From assembly GCA_020720765.1 (NCBI GenBank), contig DYOB01000004.1, forward strand, positions 945-64,944: DNA of 64,000 nucleotides, given 5' to 3'. The stretch comes from Borreliella garinii. Its GTDB lineage: Bacteria > Spirochaetota > Spirochaetia > JABEVK01. A program made the translations under genes and the position numbers. Positions 28,170 to 36,485 of the stretch are shown one piece after another; the first letter of the stretch is position 1, and every line of letters begins with the position of its first letter. The notes under the pieces are model-generated. The model saw nothing but the letters and a program-made list of their open reading frames with translations. It did not search any database and was not told where the DNA came from.

Positions 28170-29171
28170 TTAATCTTTGGGGATATCTGAGAAGAGGCAG
28201 GAACAATTCCTGCCTCTTTTTTTGGCGTTATAAAGTGCCTTATCCGCCCTGCCTATGACGATTTCGTCTTTTTCGCCCGGAAGGAAATCTGTGATTCCCA
28301 AACTCAACGTGACGTTGAATTTTTCACCATTGGGTGCGTCGAAAATCTGATGTTTCACAACTTCCCTCAATCGTTCGGCAGGCGTCAAAGCGATTTTTTC
28401 GTCAGTGTCTGGCAAAACGATAACAAATTCTTCACCGCCGTAGCGTCCAATAAGGTCCTTTTCTCGGAAAATATCTTTTTTCAATAGAATATCTCCCAAT
28501 TTACGGAGAACCTCGTCTCCGACCAAGTGACCGTATTGATCGTTAATGATTTTGAAATGGTCGATATCCAGCATAAGGCAGGCAAATTTCTCCGGGCTAA
28601 CCATCTCACCGACCGGCCTATCGCCCTTCCCCCGTTTTTCGAAAAATCTGACGGCGCGTTTTTTCTCCACTTGTAAAGTCTCAAAAAAAGCACGCCTGTT
28701 AAACAGTCCGGTTAAGAAGTCCGTCCTGCTTATAGAGCTTAATTCTTCATTAAGCTTTTCAATTTCCTCTTTTTGAACAGAAAGAAGTTGGGAATCGATA
28801 ATATTGGCAAAACTATCGGTAATATAGGAATTCAGACGGCCCTCACATTCAGTTTCACGGAAAAGGACCTTAAGTAAAAGGATAAGGTTAGATACCCACG
28901 AACTGGCTCCGGGTACGTGGGGGTTTTTCGGAGTGCCCCTGAGAAGCAAGGTGCCTTCGGGCACGACTGCACGTTTTTTTCCCCGCGGTTGTAGAACAAG
29001 ATATCGTGAAAAAAACATAAGATCTTCTCTGAATCGCTCTATTGACGCGTAGGCAATCAAACGTATGGTGGTTTGATCATCCTTGCTTACTTCGCTGTTA
29101 AGCCGGAATCCAGCGCCTTCAAGTGCCGGTCTCAGCCAGTAGAGTCCCTCGTCGAGGAATATAATATTCAT
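28170..29171 (-). CDS. Diguanylate cyclase (GGDEF) with an uncharacterised N-terminal domain
   Basis: Active site RYGGEEF with the I-site REKD five residues upstream. The N-terminal ~150 aa begins MNIIFLDEG (receiver-like start but no clear phospho-acceptor context), followed by a coiled-coil linker. Confidence 0.88.
   Translation of the reverse strand: MNIIFLDEGLYWLRPALEGAGFRLNSEVSKDDQTTIRLIAYASIERFREDLMFFSRYLVLQPRGKKRAVVPEGTLLLRGTPKNPHVPGASSWVSNLILLLKVLFRETECEGRLNSYITDSFANIIDSQLLSVQKEEIEKLNEELSSISRTDFLTGLFNRRAFFETLQVEKKRAVRFFEKRGKGDRPVGEMVSPEKFACLMLDIDHFKIINDQYGHLVGDEVLRKLGDILLKKDIFREKDLIGRYGGEEFVIVLPDTDEKIALTPAERLREVVKHQIFDAPNGEKFNVTLSLGITDFLPGEKDEIVIGRADKALYNAKKRGRNCSCLFSDIPKD
28193..28224 (+). 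terminator. Rho-independent terminator downstream of ackA, embedded in the 3' coding end of the convergent GGDEF gene
   Basis: A 9-bp stem AGAGGCAGG / CCTGCCTCT with a 7-nt loop, followed by a T7 run, 38 nt after the ackA stop. Confidence 0.6.
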
Positions 29172-29183
29172 ATTATAACCAGA

Positions 29184-29738
29184 CTAACTCCAAAGAGTTT
29201 TTTTTTCCAGTTCATCCGCTGAAATATCCCCTGAAAAAAATCGAATGATCTCAAAAGCCAGTTTATGGGCCGTACCCATACCCCTGCTTGTAAAGAGCAA
29301 TCCGTCCTTCACAACCTCGCCATCGGTCCAAAGCCCGCCGGTGCATTCAGTTTCCATCCCTGGAAAACACGTGAAATGTTTCTGATGAAGAAAACCATGC
29401 CTACCGAGCACCTTAGCCGGCGCAGCACAAATTGCTGCAATGTATTTCTGCTTGGAAATCACCGTATTCAAAAGTTGGATTAAAAGAGGATCTTCGGAAA
29501 GGTTGTGGGCGCCAGGCATCCCACCCGGAAGAAAAACGAGGTCGGGAAGAATTTCACTGATAGCCGATTCTGCACCAACCTTATCAGCCAGGATGGTTAT
29601 TCCACGCACACTGGGCACATGCTTCGACTTTAGTCCGTAGGAGGTAACTGCGTATCCTGCACGTTTAAAAAGATCCCAGGGAATAACAGCCTCGGCTTCC
29701 TCAAAACCTTCAGCCAGAAAAATCCATACGGATTTCAC
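29184..29738 (-). CDS. DJ-1/PfpI/ThiJ family protein
   Basis: Nucleophile-elbow context IAAICAAPA. Length 184 aa. The GTG start overlaps the helicase stop (GTGA). Confidence 0.85.
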   Translation of the reverse strand: MKSVWIFLAEGFEEAEAVIPWDLFKRAGYAVTSYGLKSKHVPSVRGITILADKVGAESAISEILPDLVFLPGGMPGAHNLSEDPLLIQLLNTVISKQKYIAAICAAPAKVLGRHGFLHQKHFTCFPGMETECTGGLWTDGEVVKDGLLFTSRGMGTAHKLAFEIIRFFSGDISADELEKKTLWS

Positions 29739-31480
29739 TCGACTTTATCCTTCTTTTTTCCGGAAAAAAAACCTAGGATTTTTTGAAAAATATTCTCTTT
29801 CTTCTGGGTTGCTACGGGTTGGGCGACAACAGCGGCAGGAACCTGGGGGTGGTCCTTTCTCGGCCTGCGCCTGCGGCGACGCTTTTCACCTGACGAAGAT
29901 GGCTTTTCAGAATCTGAAGGCACTTGTGGAGTTCGGGGAGGTACGGGTTTTCCGGGGTTCGGTTTGTTCTTGGGGGGGGGGACAACTGGTTTTCCCTGTT
30001 CTCCCTTATCGAATTCCGCACCGTACTTTTTCTTATAGAAAGCTAGCCGGTCTTCCAGGCTTGCTGTAGGAGCAGGTATGGCGTTCGACCTGGGAGAGCT
30101 GCTTTTAGCTCTGGGCGGACGTTCGGTCCTCTCGGGTTTACTCTGTCGTCCAGTACCAGGACGTCCGCTGGCCGCCTCGGCAACCAGGTTCCTAGCGGAA
30201 TGGAATCCACGTTGTTCGGCGGACCTTTCGTGCCTTGCAGGTCTCTGTCCAGGCCGCTGCCCCGGCCTTTCTCTTTCGTTCTCCCTCGGTCTCCGTTGGG
30301 ATGCGGATTCAAAGTCACCGCTGATATGCATACCAGCACTTTTATCTGTCGTGATATCCTTCTCCTCCGCCCATTGTACAGGGATTTTTAAACCGACAAA
30401 TTCTTCGATGGCCTTGAGACCGTAGACGTATTTTTCACAGGCAAGGCTTATTGCGCGTCCTGACTTCCCAGCCCGCGCCGTCCTTCCTATGCGGTGGACG
30501 TAGGTTTCGGCCTCAAGGGGAAGATCGTAATTCACGACAAGGTCGAGGTCGTCAACATGAAGCCCTCTTGCAGCCACATCGGTTGCAACAAGCCAATTAA
30601 TTTTCTTTTCTTTGAGATTCTGGATGATCTGAAGCCTTTTTGCTTGTGGCAGATCCCCTATAAGGTATTCCGTCGCATACCCGTTAATGGAAAGTCTTTT
30701 GGCAATTTTAACAGCCGTATGTTTAGTATTGACAAAAAAGACCGCACACTTTGGGTCGTATTTTTTAAGAAGTCCCAAAAGCAGAGGCATCTTTTCCTCG
30801 TGCGATACATGATAAAGTTCCTGGGTAATGGCCTGGACCGAAACGTGGTCAGGTTCAACGACGATTTCACCAGGATCTGTCATGTATTCCCACGCAAGGT
30901 AGCCTACCTGGGCATTCAGGGTCGCACTGAAGAGAAAAGTCCGCCTCTGAGCCGGCGGGTTCATGCCCTTAAGGATTTTCCTGATATCGGGGAGGAATCC
31001 CATATCGAACATTCTATCGGCCTCGTCGATAACCAGGACACCTACGTCCCTGAAGTCCAGCTTTTTGCTCGAGTAAAAATCGAGGAGTCTTCCCGGTGTT
31101 CCAATAAGGATATCCACGCCCTCGGAAAGGAGTTTTTCCTGGAGATTGAAACCTACGCCACCGTAGAAACTTCCAATACTGAAATCCAGGTATTTGCCGA
31201 TAACTTTTGCGTCTTTTTCTATCTGGTCTGCGAGTTCCCTGGTTGGGGCCACGACGAGCATCTTTTTACCACGCAACTTCTCGTCGGTTAAAAGCAGGTG
31301 AAAACCTGAGATTAAAAAGGCAGCTGTTTTACCTGTTCCAGTTTGGCTCTGGGCTTCTACATCCCGGCCGGCGAAAATCAACGCAAAGGTTTCTTCCTGA
31401 ACAGGAGTACATTCTTCAAAGCCTAATTCTGATATGGCTCGAAGAATACGTTCATCTAAGTTAAGATCTGTAAACTTCAT
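29735..31480 (-). CDS. DEAD-box ATP-dependent RNA helicase with a ~200 aa basic, Pro-rich C-terminal tail
   Basis: Motif I AQSQTGTGKT, Ia APTRELA, II DEAD, III SAT, VI HRIGRTARAG. The tail is rich in R/K/P (PGQRPGQRP, RRRRRRPRK). Confidence 0.92.
   Translation of the reverse strand: MKFTDLNLDERILRAISELGFEECTPVQEETFALIFAGRDVEAQSQTGTGKTAAFLISGFHLLLTDEKLRGKKMLVVAPTRELADQIEKDAKVIGKYLDFSIGSFYGGVGFNLQEKLLSEGVDILIGTPGRLLDFYSSKKLDFRDVGVLVIDEADRMFDMGFLPDIRKILKGMNPPAQRRTFLFSATLNAQVGYLAWEYMTDPGEIVVEPDHVSVQAITQELYHVSHEEKMPLLLGLLKKYDPKCAVFFVNTKHTAVKIAKRLSINGYATEYLIGDLPQAKRLQIIQNLKEKKINWLVATDVAARGLHVDDLDLVVNYDLPLEAETYVHRIGRTARAGKSGRAISLACEKYVYGLKAIEEFVGLKIPVQWAEEKDITTDKSAGMHISGDFESASQRRPRENERERPGQRPGQRPARHERSAEQRGFHSARNLVAEAASGRPGTGRQSKPERTERPPRAKSSSPRSNAIPAPTASLEDRLAFYKKKYGAEFDKGEQGKPVVPPPKNKPNPGKPVPPRTPQVPSDSEKPSSSGEKRRRRRRPRKDHPQVPAAVVAQPVATQKKENIFQKILGFFSGKKKDKVE
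29972..29981. repeat. G10/C10 homopolymer inside the helicase tail coding region
   Basis: Ten consecutive G on the + strand (GTC CCC CCC CCC on the coding strand, encoding VPPP). Confidence 0.95.
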
Positions 31481-31486
31481 CTGTCT

Positions 31487-31516
31487 ATCATACCGGAGAA
31501 AACGAGTTTCTGCCAG
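31487..31516 (-). promoter_or_regulatory. Putative promoter for the DEAD-box helicase gene; predicts a leaderless transcript
   Basis: On the minus strand: CTGGCA, 18 nt spacer, TATGAT (31487-31492), 6 nt, then ATG 31480. Confidence 0.4.
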
Positions 31517-31530
31517 TACCCTCTTTATTT

Positions 31531-31602
31531 TGGTGGCGAAGGGAATCGGACCCTTGACCTAACGGTTATGAGCCGTTTGCTCTACCTCTGAGCTACGCCA
31601 CC
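31531..31602 (-). tRNA. tRNA with anticodon CAT (elongator Met, or Ile2 if lysidine-modified)
   Basis: The minus-strand sequence GGTGGCGTAGCTCAGAGGTAGAGCAAACGGCTCATAACCGTTAGGTCAAGGGTCCGATTCCCTTCGCCACCA folds as a cloverleaf. It has a 7-bp acceptor stem, D stem GCTC/GAGC, anticodon stem AACGG/CCGTT with loop CTCATAA, and T stem AAGGG/CCCTT. The 3' CCA is not encoded. Confidence 0.9.
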
Positions 31603-31613
31603 GATGAGCAGTT

Positions 31614-31642
31614 ATGTTAACGAACTTCCCGCTACTCGTCAA
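31614..31642 (-). promoter_or_regulatory. Putative sigma70-type promoter for the tRNA gene
   Basis: On the minus strand: TTGACG (31637-31642), 17 nt spacer, TAACAT (31614-31619), 11 nt before the mature tRNA 5' end. Confidence 0.45.
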
Positions 31643-31666
31643 GACAATCGGACTTTCGTGGTAGAA

Positions 31667-33076
31667 TTAAGAATTCCTGCGCGAACGCACCCGTGCCAGC
31701 TCCTGTCGGGCTTGAACCAATAATCGGTGTTCACCAAGGATTCTAATTCCTTCCAAAAGAACAGCTTCCGCCTGGTCCAGATCACCGGTATTTGCCAAAC
31801 GGGCAAAGGTATTGCGTATGTCGATAGCGTAGTTATTCTCGGCTGTCGAAAGCAAATTTCTAAACTGAACGTTGGTTCGAAGTTCTTCAGGAGCCATTCT
31901 CAAGTGCCGCCACACTTTTTCCCAACCTTCCGGGATAAGGATCTGAGCCTCTTTTCCATAAAGGATGGCTGATAATTCAATCCGGTCTTGCGGTCTTAGA
32001 GGAGTGACGGCTAGACGGATACCCGCCTCTTCCAGACGGTTTTCGTTAATCAGAAAACCAATTTCAGCCTTTTCCACAGAAGTCTGAAGCTGGACAAAGC
32101 GATCCAGATCAAACTCTTCCCTATGGTCAAAAAGCAAGTTTTTTGCCTCTTCCCAGCGTTGCGCCCGGATGGCATCCGAAATAAGGTTGAAAAGAAGAGC
32201 GGGGACAGATGCCTTGAGTGTCGCATCGTCGCCATACCGGGCCCGGACTTCCATGGCGAGTTCGAGACCCTGGGTGTATTGGCGTCTGCCGTTATAAAAA
32301 GCTATGGCGTTGTTGACAGCGAGATAGAAATTCACAGTGTCACCCATGCCCCCTTCCAAGGCAACCCTGTCGACAGCGAGCGCCAAACTTTCAGCCATGC
32401 GTCCCTGGTTCTGGAGTTCGACTATACGGTTCTGGATGAGGAGGCCGAGAAAAAGACGGTCGTTGATGGTTTGCCTGTCCCGGTAGTTTCCTGGAGGGAC
32501 GTAAGAATACCCTGTTGCCGCTCCGAAGCTGTCGAGGAAATCCTTTTTAGTCCCTGGATCAAAACCAAAAGGGTTTGTTGTTTCGACATCGATGGTCCGG
32601 CTGTCGTCAATTTTAACCAAACAGAAAGCATGGGCCCTGGTAGCGACACCTTCAACCTCCATACCCACCGACCTCGCATGTATCATATAGATCAGACTCG
32701 AACTCACACAATTATAGTGGCCTCTGATGAAAACAACATCGATGCGGGTTTGCGGTTCGCTGTAGCGCTTGAAAAGATTCCCGTGAAGGTATTTAAGAAG
32801 CCCTTCTCCGCGCTGGTATTGCGGGAGTTGGGATGTTGGATCATTTTTATAGCTTTCAATACTTGCTTTGATTGCGGATTCGAAGGCCGGAAAACCGGCA
32901 GGTGGTCCTCCGCTGAAATAGTAACTCAACGCAATCAAATCATCTGTGCTTAGAACTGGAGGCGCAGATACAACGATCGGACTAGGTTCCGGAAGCTGGG
33001 AAGATTCCCCTGAGAGAAGCACCGGATACACGATAAAAAGAAAGGCAAGTGAAAGATAAATTCGCTTCATAAACAT
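31667..33076 (-). CDS. Exported protein with a transglutaminase-like Cys-His-Asp fold and a C-terminal helical-repeat (TPR-like) region
   Basis: ATG 33076 lies 6 nt after the SD GAGG and gives MFMKRIYLSLAFLFIVYPVLLSG. The core is GHYNCVSSSLIYMIHARSVGMEVEGVATRAHAFCLVKIDDSRTIDVETTNP (Cys, His, Asp spacing as in transglutaminase-like proteases). The longer ORF to 33250 would overlap the divergent gene. Confidence 0.55.
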   Translation of the reverse strand: MFMKRIYLSLAFLFIVYPVLLSGESSQLPEPSPIVVSAPPVLSTDDLIALSYYFSGGPPAGFPAFESAIKASIESYKNDPTSQLPQYQRGEGLLKYLHGNLFKRYSEPQTRIDVVFIRGHYNCVSSSLIYMIHARSVGMEVEGVATRAHAFCLVKIDDSRTIDVETTNPFGFDPGTKKDFLDSFGAATGYSYVPPGNYRDRQTINDRLFLGLLIQNRIVELQNQGRMAESLALAVDRVALEGGMGDTVNFYLAVNNAIAFYNGRRQYTQGLELAMEVRARYGDDATLKASVPALLFNLISDAIRAQRWEEAKNLLFDHREEFDLDRFVQLQTSVEKAEIGFLINENRLEEAGIRLAVTPLRPQDRIELSAILYGKEAQILIPEGWEKVWRHLRMAPEELRTNVQFRNLLSTAENNYAIDIRNTFARLANTGDLDQAEAVLLEGIRILGEHRLLVQARQELARVRSRRNS

Positions 33077-33098
33077 AATTTGCCTCAAGAAATGCGTC

Positions 33099-33127
33099 TT
33101 GACAAGATAGCATCGCAGGAGCAATCT
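33099..33127 (+). promoter_or_regulatory. Putative promoter for the GH3 gene; predicts a leaderless transcript
   Basis: TTGACA (33099-33104), 17 nt spacer, CAATCT (33122-33127), 7 nt, then ATG 33135. Confidence 0.35.
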
Positions 33128-33134
33128 TGTAACG

Positions 33135-34793
33135 ATGAGATATTTGACCCTAGTTACCCTTATTTCCACTCTTTCCATACCAATGCAAGCTCTGGATTTT
33201 TGGTCCGGTCCAATCAATACATCCCTGGTTGAAAGGCTCGTCGAGAGCATGTCGAGCGTGGAACTCGCAGGTCAGGTCCTGCTCTACGGGTATCCCGGGG
33301 AAACCCCGAATGAACGAACCCTGGGTTGGATAAGGGACTCGAATCTCGGAGGAGTAAAAATTTTCGGTTGGAACGCCAACACCCTGGAAGCCTTAACTTC
33401 AGCAATCAATACGATGCAGAGGACTAGCCAGCTCGGTCGTTTGAGAATTCCCCTCTTTGTTGCAACCGACCAGGAAGGTGGATGGGTCCGCCATGTTCGC
33501 TTCAACACGAGTATGACGAGCGGAAACATGAGCATCGGAGCCACAAGACTTCCTTTTGATTCCTACCGGACGGGGCATTTGATTGGTATGGAACTCAAGG
33601 CTCTCGGGATCAATTTTAACTTCGCACCTTCGGTGGACATCGCAACAAATCCGGAGGCCCACGTCATTGGTTCCAGGTCCTTTTCTGAAGACCCTATTCA
33701 AACCGCCATCCTGGGTGTGGCCTTTTACAAGGGGATGGAGGAAGCGGGAATCATCGCTACCGCTAAACATTTCCCGGGCCACGGGCACGCTTCCGAAGAC
33801 AGCCATGGGAAACTGCCCCGTGTACTTATTGACCTTGAAACCATGAACACCAGGGAACTGGTGCCCTACCAGTACCTGATCCGGGAGAATATCCCTGCCA
33901 TCATGAGCGGTCACCTCGCCTTTCCCCAGATAACTGGTAACGATGAACCCGCCAGCCTCAACTCTTTTTTTGCCCAGGAAATTCTGAGAAACAGGCTTGG
34001 GTTCAAGAATATCCTCATCACCGACGACCTTTTTATGGAAGGCGCCCGCCCGAAAGGAAAAACCCTTCCAGAGATAGCGGAAATTGCCTTGCGTTCGGGT
34101 CACGATCTGATTTTAATTTCACAGCCGCAGGACGCCCTTGCAGGAATAGTTACCAGGTTTACACGTCTCGCAGATTCTGATGCGGCTTTCCGAACCCGCT
34201 TAAAAGAATCAGTTACACGTATCCTTACAATTAAACTACGGTACATGCGCGGACCTCACGCCGTACCGCTCTATCCCAGTCTTGCCACCGCCCAATCGTT
34301 GATACCGGCAAACGGAAGCAAGGACTTTTTCTTCCAGCAAGCCATCCGCTCTGTAAGTATCCTCAGGGGTCAAAGGATTCCCTGGCCTTCCTCTCCGGGA
34401 AGGGTTCTTTTGATTACCCCCTACCCAAGGTTCTTGGGTTTACTGGCACGGCGGGTTAAAAATGCCGAAATCCTCGAATACAGTTACGATCCTTTCTACG
34501 GATACGACGCCGGCGTGAGGGACGCAATCCGATCAAGAGCGGCAGGTTATGACAAGATTCTCTTTAACCTTGTCACACCGGGCAGCCTCGAACTTTTAAG
34601 GGCTTTGGAACCATTTAAGGAAAAAGTCACCGTTATTTCCCAACTGAGTCCCATACTTATACGAAAGGTCGCCTGGTTAGATTCCGCCCTTGCTGTCTGG
34701 GGCTTGGGCTTGGACAACCTGGAAGCGGGTATCAGCGCCTTGATGGGGGACTTTATCCCAACCGCAAGGGCACCGCTCGTCTTGACCCCATAA
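33135..34793 (+). CDS. Glycoside hydrolase family 3 (beta-N-acetylhexosaminidase/NagZ-like), exported, with an extra C-terminal domain
   Basis: N-terminal signal-like segment plus the GH3 motifs ATDQEGGWV and KHFPGHGH. Length 552 aa. Confidence 0.85.
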   Translation: MRYLTLVTLISTLSIPMQALDFWSGPINTSLVERLVESMSSVELAGQVLLYGYPGETPNERTLGWIRDSNLGGVKIFGWNANTLEALTSAINTMQRTSQLGRLRIPLFVATDQEGGWVRHVRFNTSMTSGNMSIGATRLPFDSYRTGHLIGMELKALGINFNFAPSVDIATNPEAHVIGSRSFSEDPIQTAILGVAFYKGMEEAGIIATAKHFPGHGHASEDSHGKLPRVLIDLETMNTRELVPYQYLIRENIPAIMSGHLAFPQITGNDEPASLNSFFAQEILRNRLGFKNILITDDLFMEGARPKGKTLPEIAEIALRSGHDLILISQPQDALAGIVTRFTRLADSDAAFRTRLKESVTRILTIKLRYMRGPHAVPLYPSLATAQSLIPANGSKDFFFQQAIRSVSILRGQRIPWPSSPGRVLLITPYPRFLGLLARRVKNAEILEYSYDPFYGYDAGVRDAIRSRAAGYDKILFNLVTPGSLELLRALEPFKEKVTVISQLSPILIRKVAWLDSALAVWGLGLDNLEAGISALMGDFIPTARAPLVLTP

Positions 34794-35596
34794 TGTCCTG
34801 GCGCTTGGCTCAACCCCAGGACATGGACTGGGTGACATTTTTCCTTAGGGATCACGAACCGTATTCGGTATCGGCATCCTCGCTCCTGCGGATGCCTAAA
34901 AGTGAATTCCATTTTTGGATATCGGATACTTGTGTTGTTGGTGTACGCCATTCGGACGTCCTGATCCCCGTGGGTATCGGCGTCCCGGAAGACCTTCCCG
35001 ATACCGAAAAAATTCGTATGAAGAATAATAGGATCACCCTTATCGGTACCCTCGAATGGATCAAACCCTGGGAAGAATTCTTAGAGGAGTATTGGAGATG
35101 CATGGACTACTGGTTTTTAGCTAGAGCCCAGAATCCTTGCACCTATATGAAACTCCTACCCGAGGGAAACCCTGAATTTTTCCAGGCGGGTCCCGACCAT
35201 CTCGGTAGTTTATTCACCTTACAAGCAGAGTACGAAAAGGAAGAGGTAATTTTCGACCCGCTTGATTTTGAAATATCACGAAGCAGAACAGCTTTTGCTT
35301 ACCAGCTGAAAACCGAACTTAACTGGGCTTTAAGAATTCAAGGGAAAATGATTGCTAAAGCTGGCTCGAATGCAAAAGGTGTACGATGGGTTCAGTTGGG
35401 AGGTGTCTACACAGTGCCCCAAGCCCGCAGAAAAGGTTACGCTTATTTTCTTTTATCACAGATCATTCAAAGCTTGTCAGAGATGAAGATGGGGGTTTGC
35501 CTTTTTGTGAAAAAAACAAATATCCCCGCCTTGAATCTCTACAAGGAATTGGGATTTGATAAATTAGGGAGTTTTCGCATAGTCTACTATGCCTAA
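34793..35596 (+). CDS. GNAT-family N-acetyltransferase (putative)
   Basis: The C-terminal half has an acetyl-CoA-loop-like QARRKGYAYFLLSQ and ends YKELGF. The start ATG shares one nucleotide with the GH3 stop (TAATG). Confidence 0.6.
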   Translation: MSWRLAQPQDMDWVTFFLRDHEPYSVSASSLLRMPKSEFHFWISDTCVVGVRHSDVLIPVGIGVPEDLPDTEKIRMKNNRITLIGTLEWIKPWEEFLEEYWRCMDYWFLARAQNPCTYMKLLPEGNPEFFQAGPDHLGSLFTLQAEYEKEEVIFDPLDFEISRSRTAFAYQLKTELNWALRIQGKMIAKAGSNAKGVRWVQLGGVYTVPQARRKGYAYFLLSQIIQSLSEMKMGVCLFVKKTNIPALNLYKELGFDKLGSFRIVYYA

Positions 35597-35986
35597 GTTC
35601 GAAGCTATCCACTCTAGAACCTGCATATCCGATGGAGCAAGGTCGAGTGAATTTAAAACATTCCAGTTAGCCCAAAGTGTTTCTGAATGATCAGGCCCCA
35701 AAACAGGTTCACCTTGTGCTTCAACTTGGAATGCCAAGAGGCGAATCCAAACACCTTTATGAAAGAACCCCCCCTCACCCAAGGATTCCCCCACTGTAAT
35801 AGACAGATTTAATTCTTCATGAAATTCCCTGGACAGTGCGTCCTGAGGACTTTCCCCTTCTTCGGCCTTTCCCCCCGGGAATTCCCATTTCCCGCCGAGG
35901 TCCCCGCCGGGAGCGCGTTTGGCCGCTAGAAAAGTATTCCCCCTTCGAAGAATTCCGCAAACACTCAGGGGAAAAAGTTCATTCAC
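35564..35986 (-). CDS. NUDIX hydrolase (MutT-like)
   Basis: Nudix box GGKAEEGESPQDALSREFHEELNL. The GTG start overlaps the upstream stop (GTGA). Confidence 0.85.
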   Translation of the reverse strand: MNELFPLSVCGILRRGNTFLAAKRAPGGDLGGKWEFPGGKAEEGESPQDALSREFHEELNLSITVGESLGEGGFFHKGVWIRLLAFQVEAQGEPVLGPDHSETLWANWNVLNSLDLAPSDMQVLEWIASNLGIVDYAKTP

Positions 35987-36384
35987 AGAAGAATGGTAGA
36001 AGGAAAAAGAAAATGAAGAAAACCTAGGGCGATGGCACCAAAACCGATAAGCGTTGCATTATTCGTTAAAAATGCCTTGAATTGCTGACTCCATTCTGGG
36101 GATGTCTCCGTGTCGGCTAAAGATTCCATAAACAACCCTGCCCCAGTCATAAGAGCAGCAAGGGCAGGAAGCAGGTTGCCTATGATGGGTATATCCCCTG
36201 GAAGTACACTGAGGAGACCGAGAAATCCTATAATCAAAGCAACAATACCCAAAACTTTACGGTAAAGGGGTATCTGAAAAACTTTCATTCCCTGCAGAGC
36301 GAATTTCTCTTCAAAGTATGCCGAGGCTAATGTCACCCCGCCTAAAATATTGACCAAAGTCAAGAAAAAATAAACCTGTACCAT
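35983..36384 (-). CDS. Small integral membrane protein (about 4 TM helices)
   Basis: Hydrophobic throughout. SD GAGGAA before the ATG. Coupled to the NUDIX gene. Confidence 0.6.
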   Translation of the reverse strand: MVQVYFFLTLVNILGGVTLASAYFEEKFALQGMKVFQIPLYRKVLGIVALIIGFLGLLSVLPGDIPIIGNLLPALAALMTGAGLFMESLADTETSPEWSQQFKAFLTNNATLIGFGAIALGFLHFLFPSTILL

Positions 36385-36399
36385 ATGTTCCTCATTTCC

Positions 36400-36429
36400 A
36401 TTCTAAAGTTCACCAAGGCTGATGGTCAA
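36400..36429 (-). promoter_or_regulatory. Putative promoter for the membrane protein-NUDIX pair
   Basis: On the minus strand: TTGACC (36424-36429), 18 nt spacer, TAGAAT (36400-36405), 13 nt including GAGGAA before ATG 36384. Confidence 0.3.
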
Positions 36430-36485
36430 GACTTTAAGGATCTAAACCCTTCAAAATTATAAATTTTACGAAACTCCCCTGGATA

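Noticed and set aside
26821-34103. Other long shadow ORFs (26821-27612, 30494-31291, 32123-32953, 33399-34103), plus 58755-59456 further on
   Set aside because: Each is antisense to a gene with clear family motifs (ackA, DEAD-box helicase, transglutaminase-like protein, GH3, purF). None has independent support.
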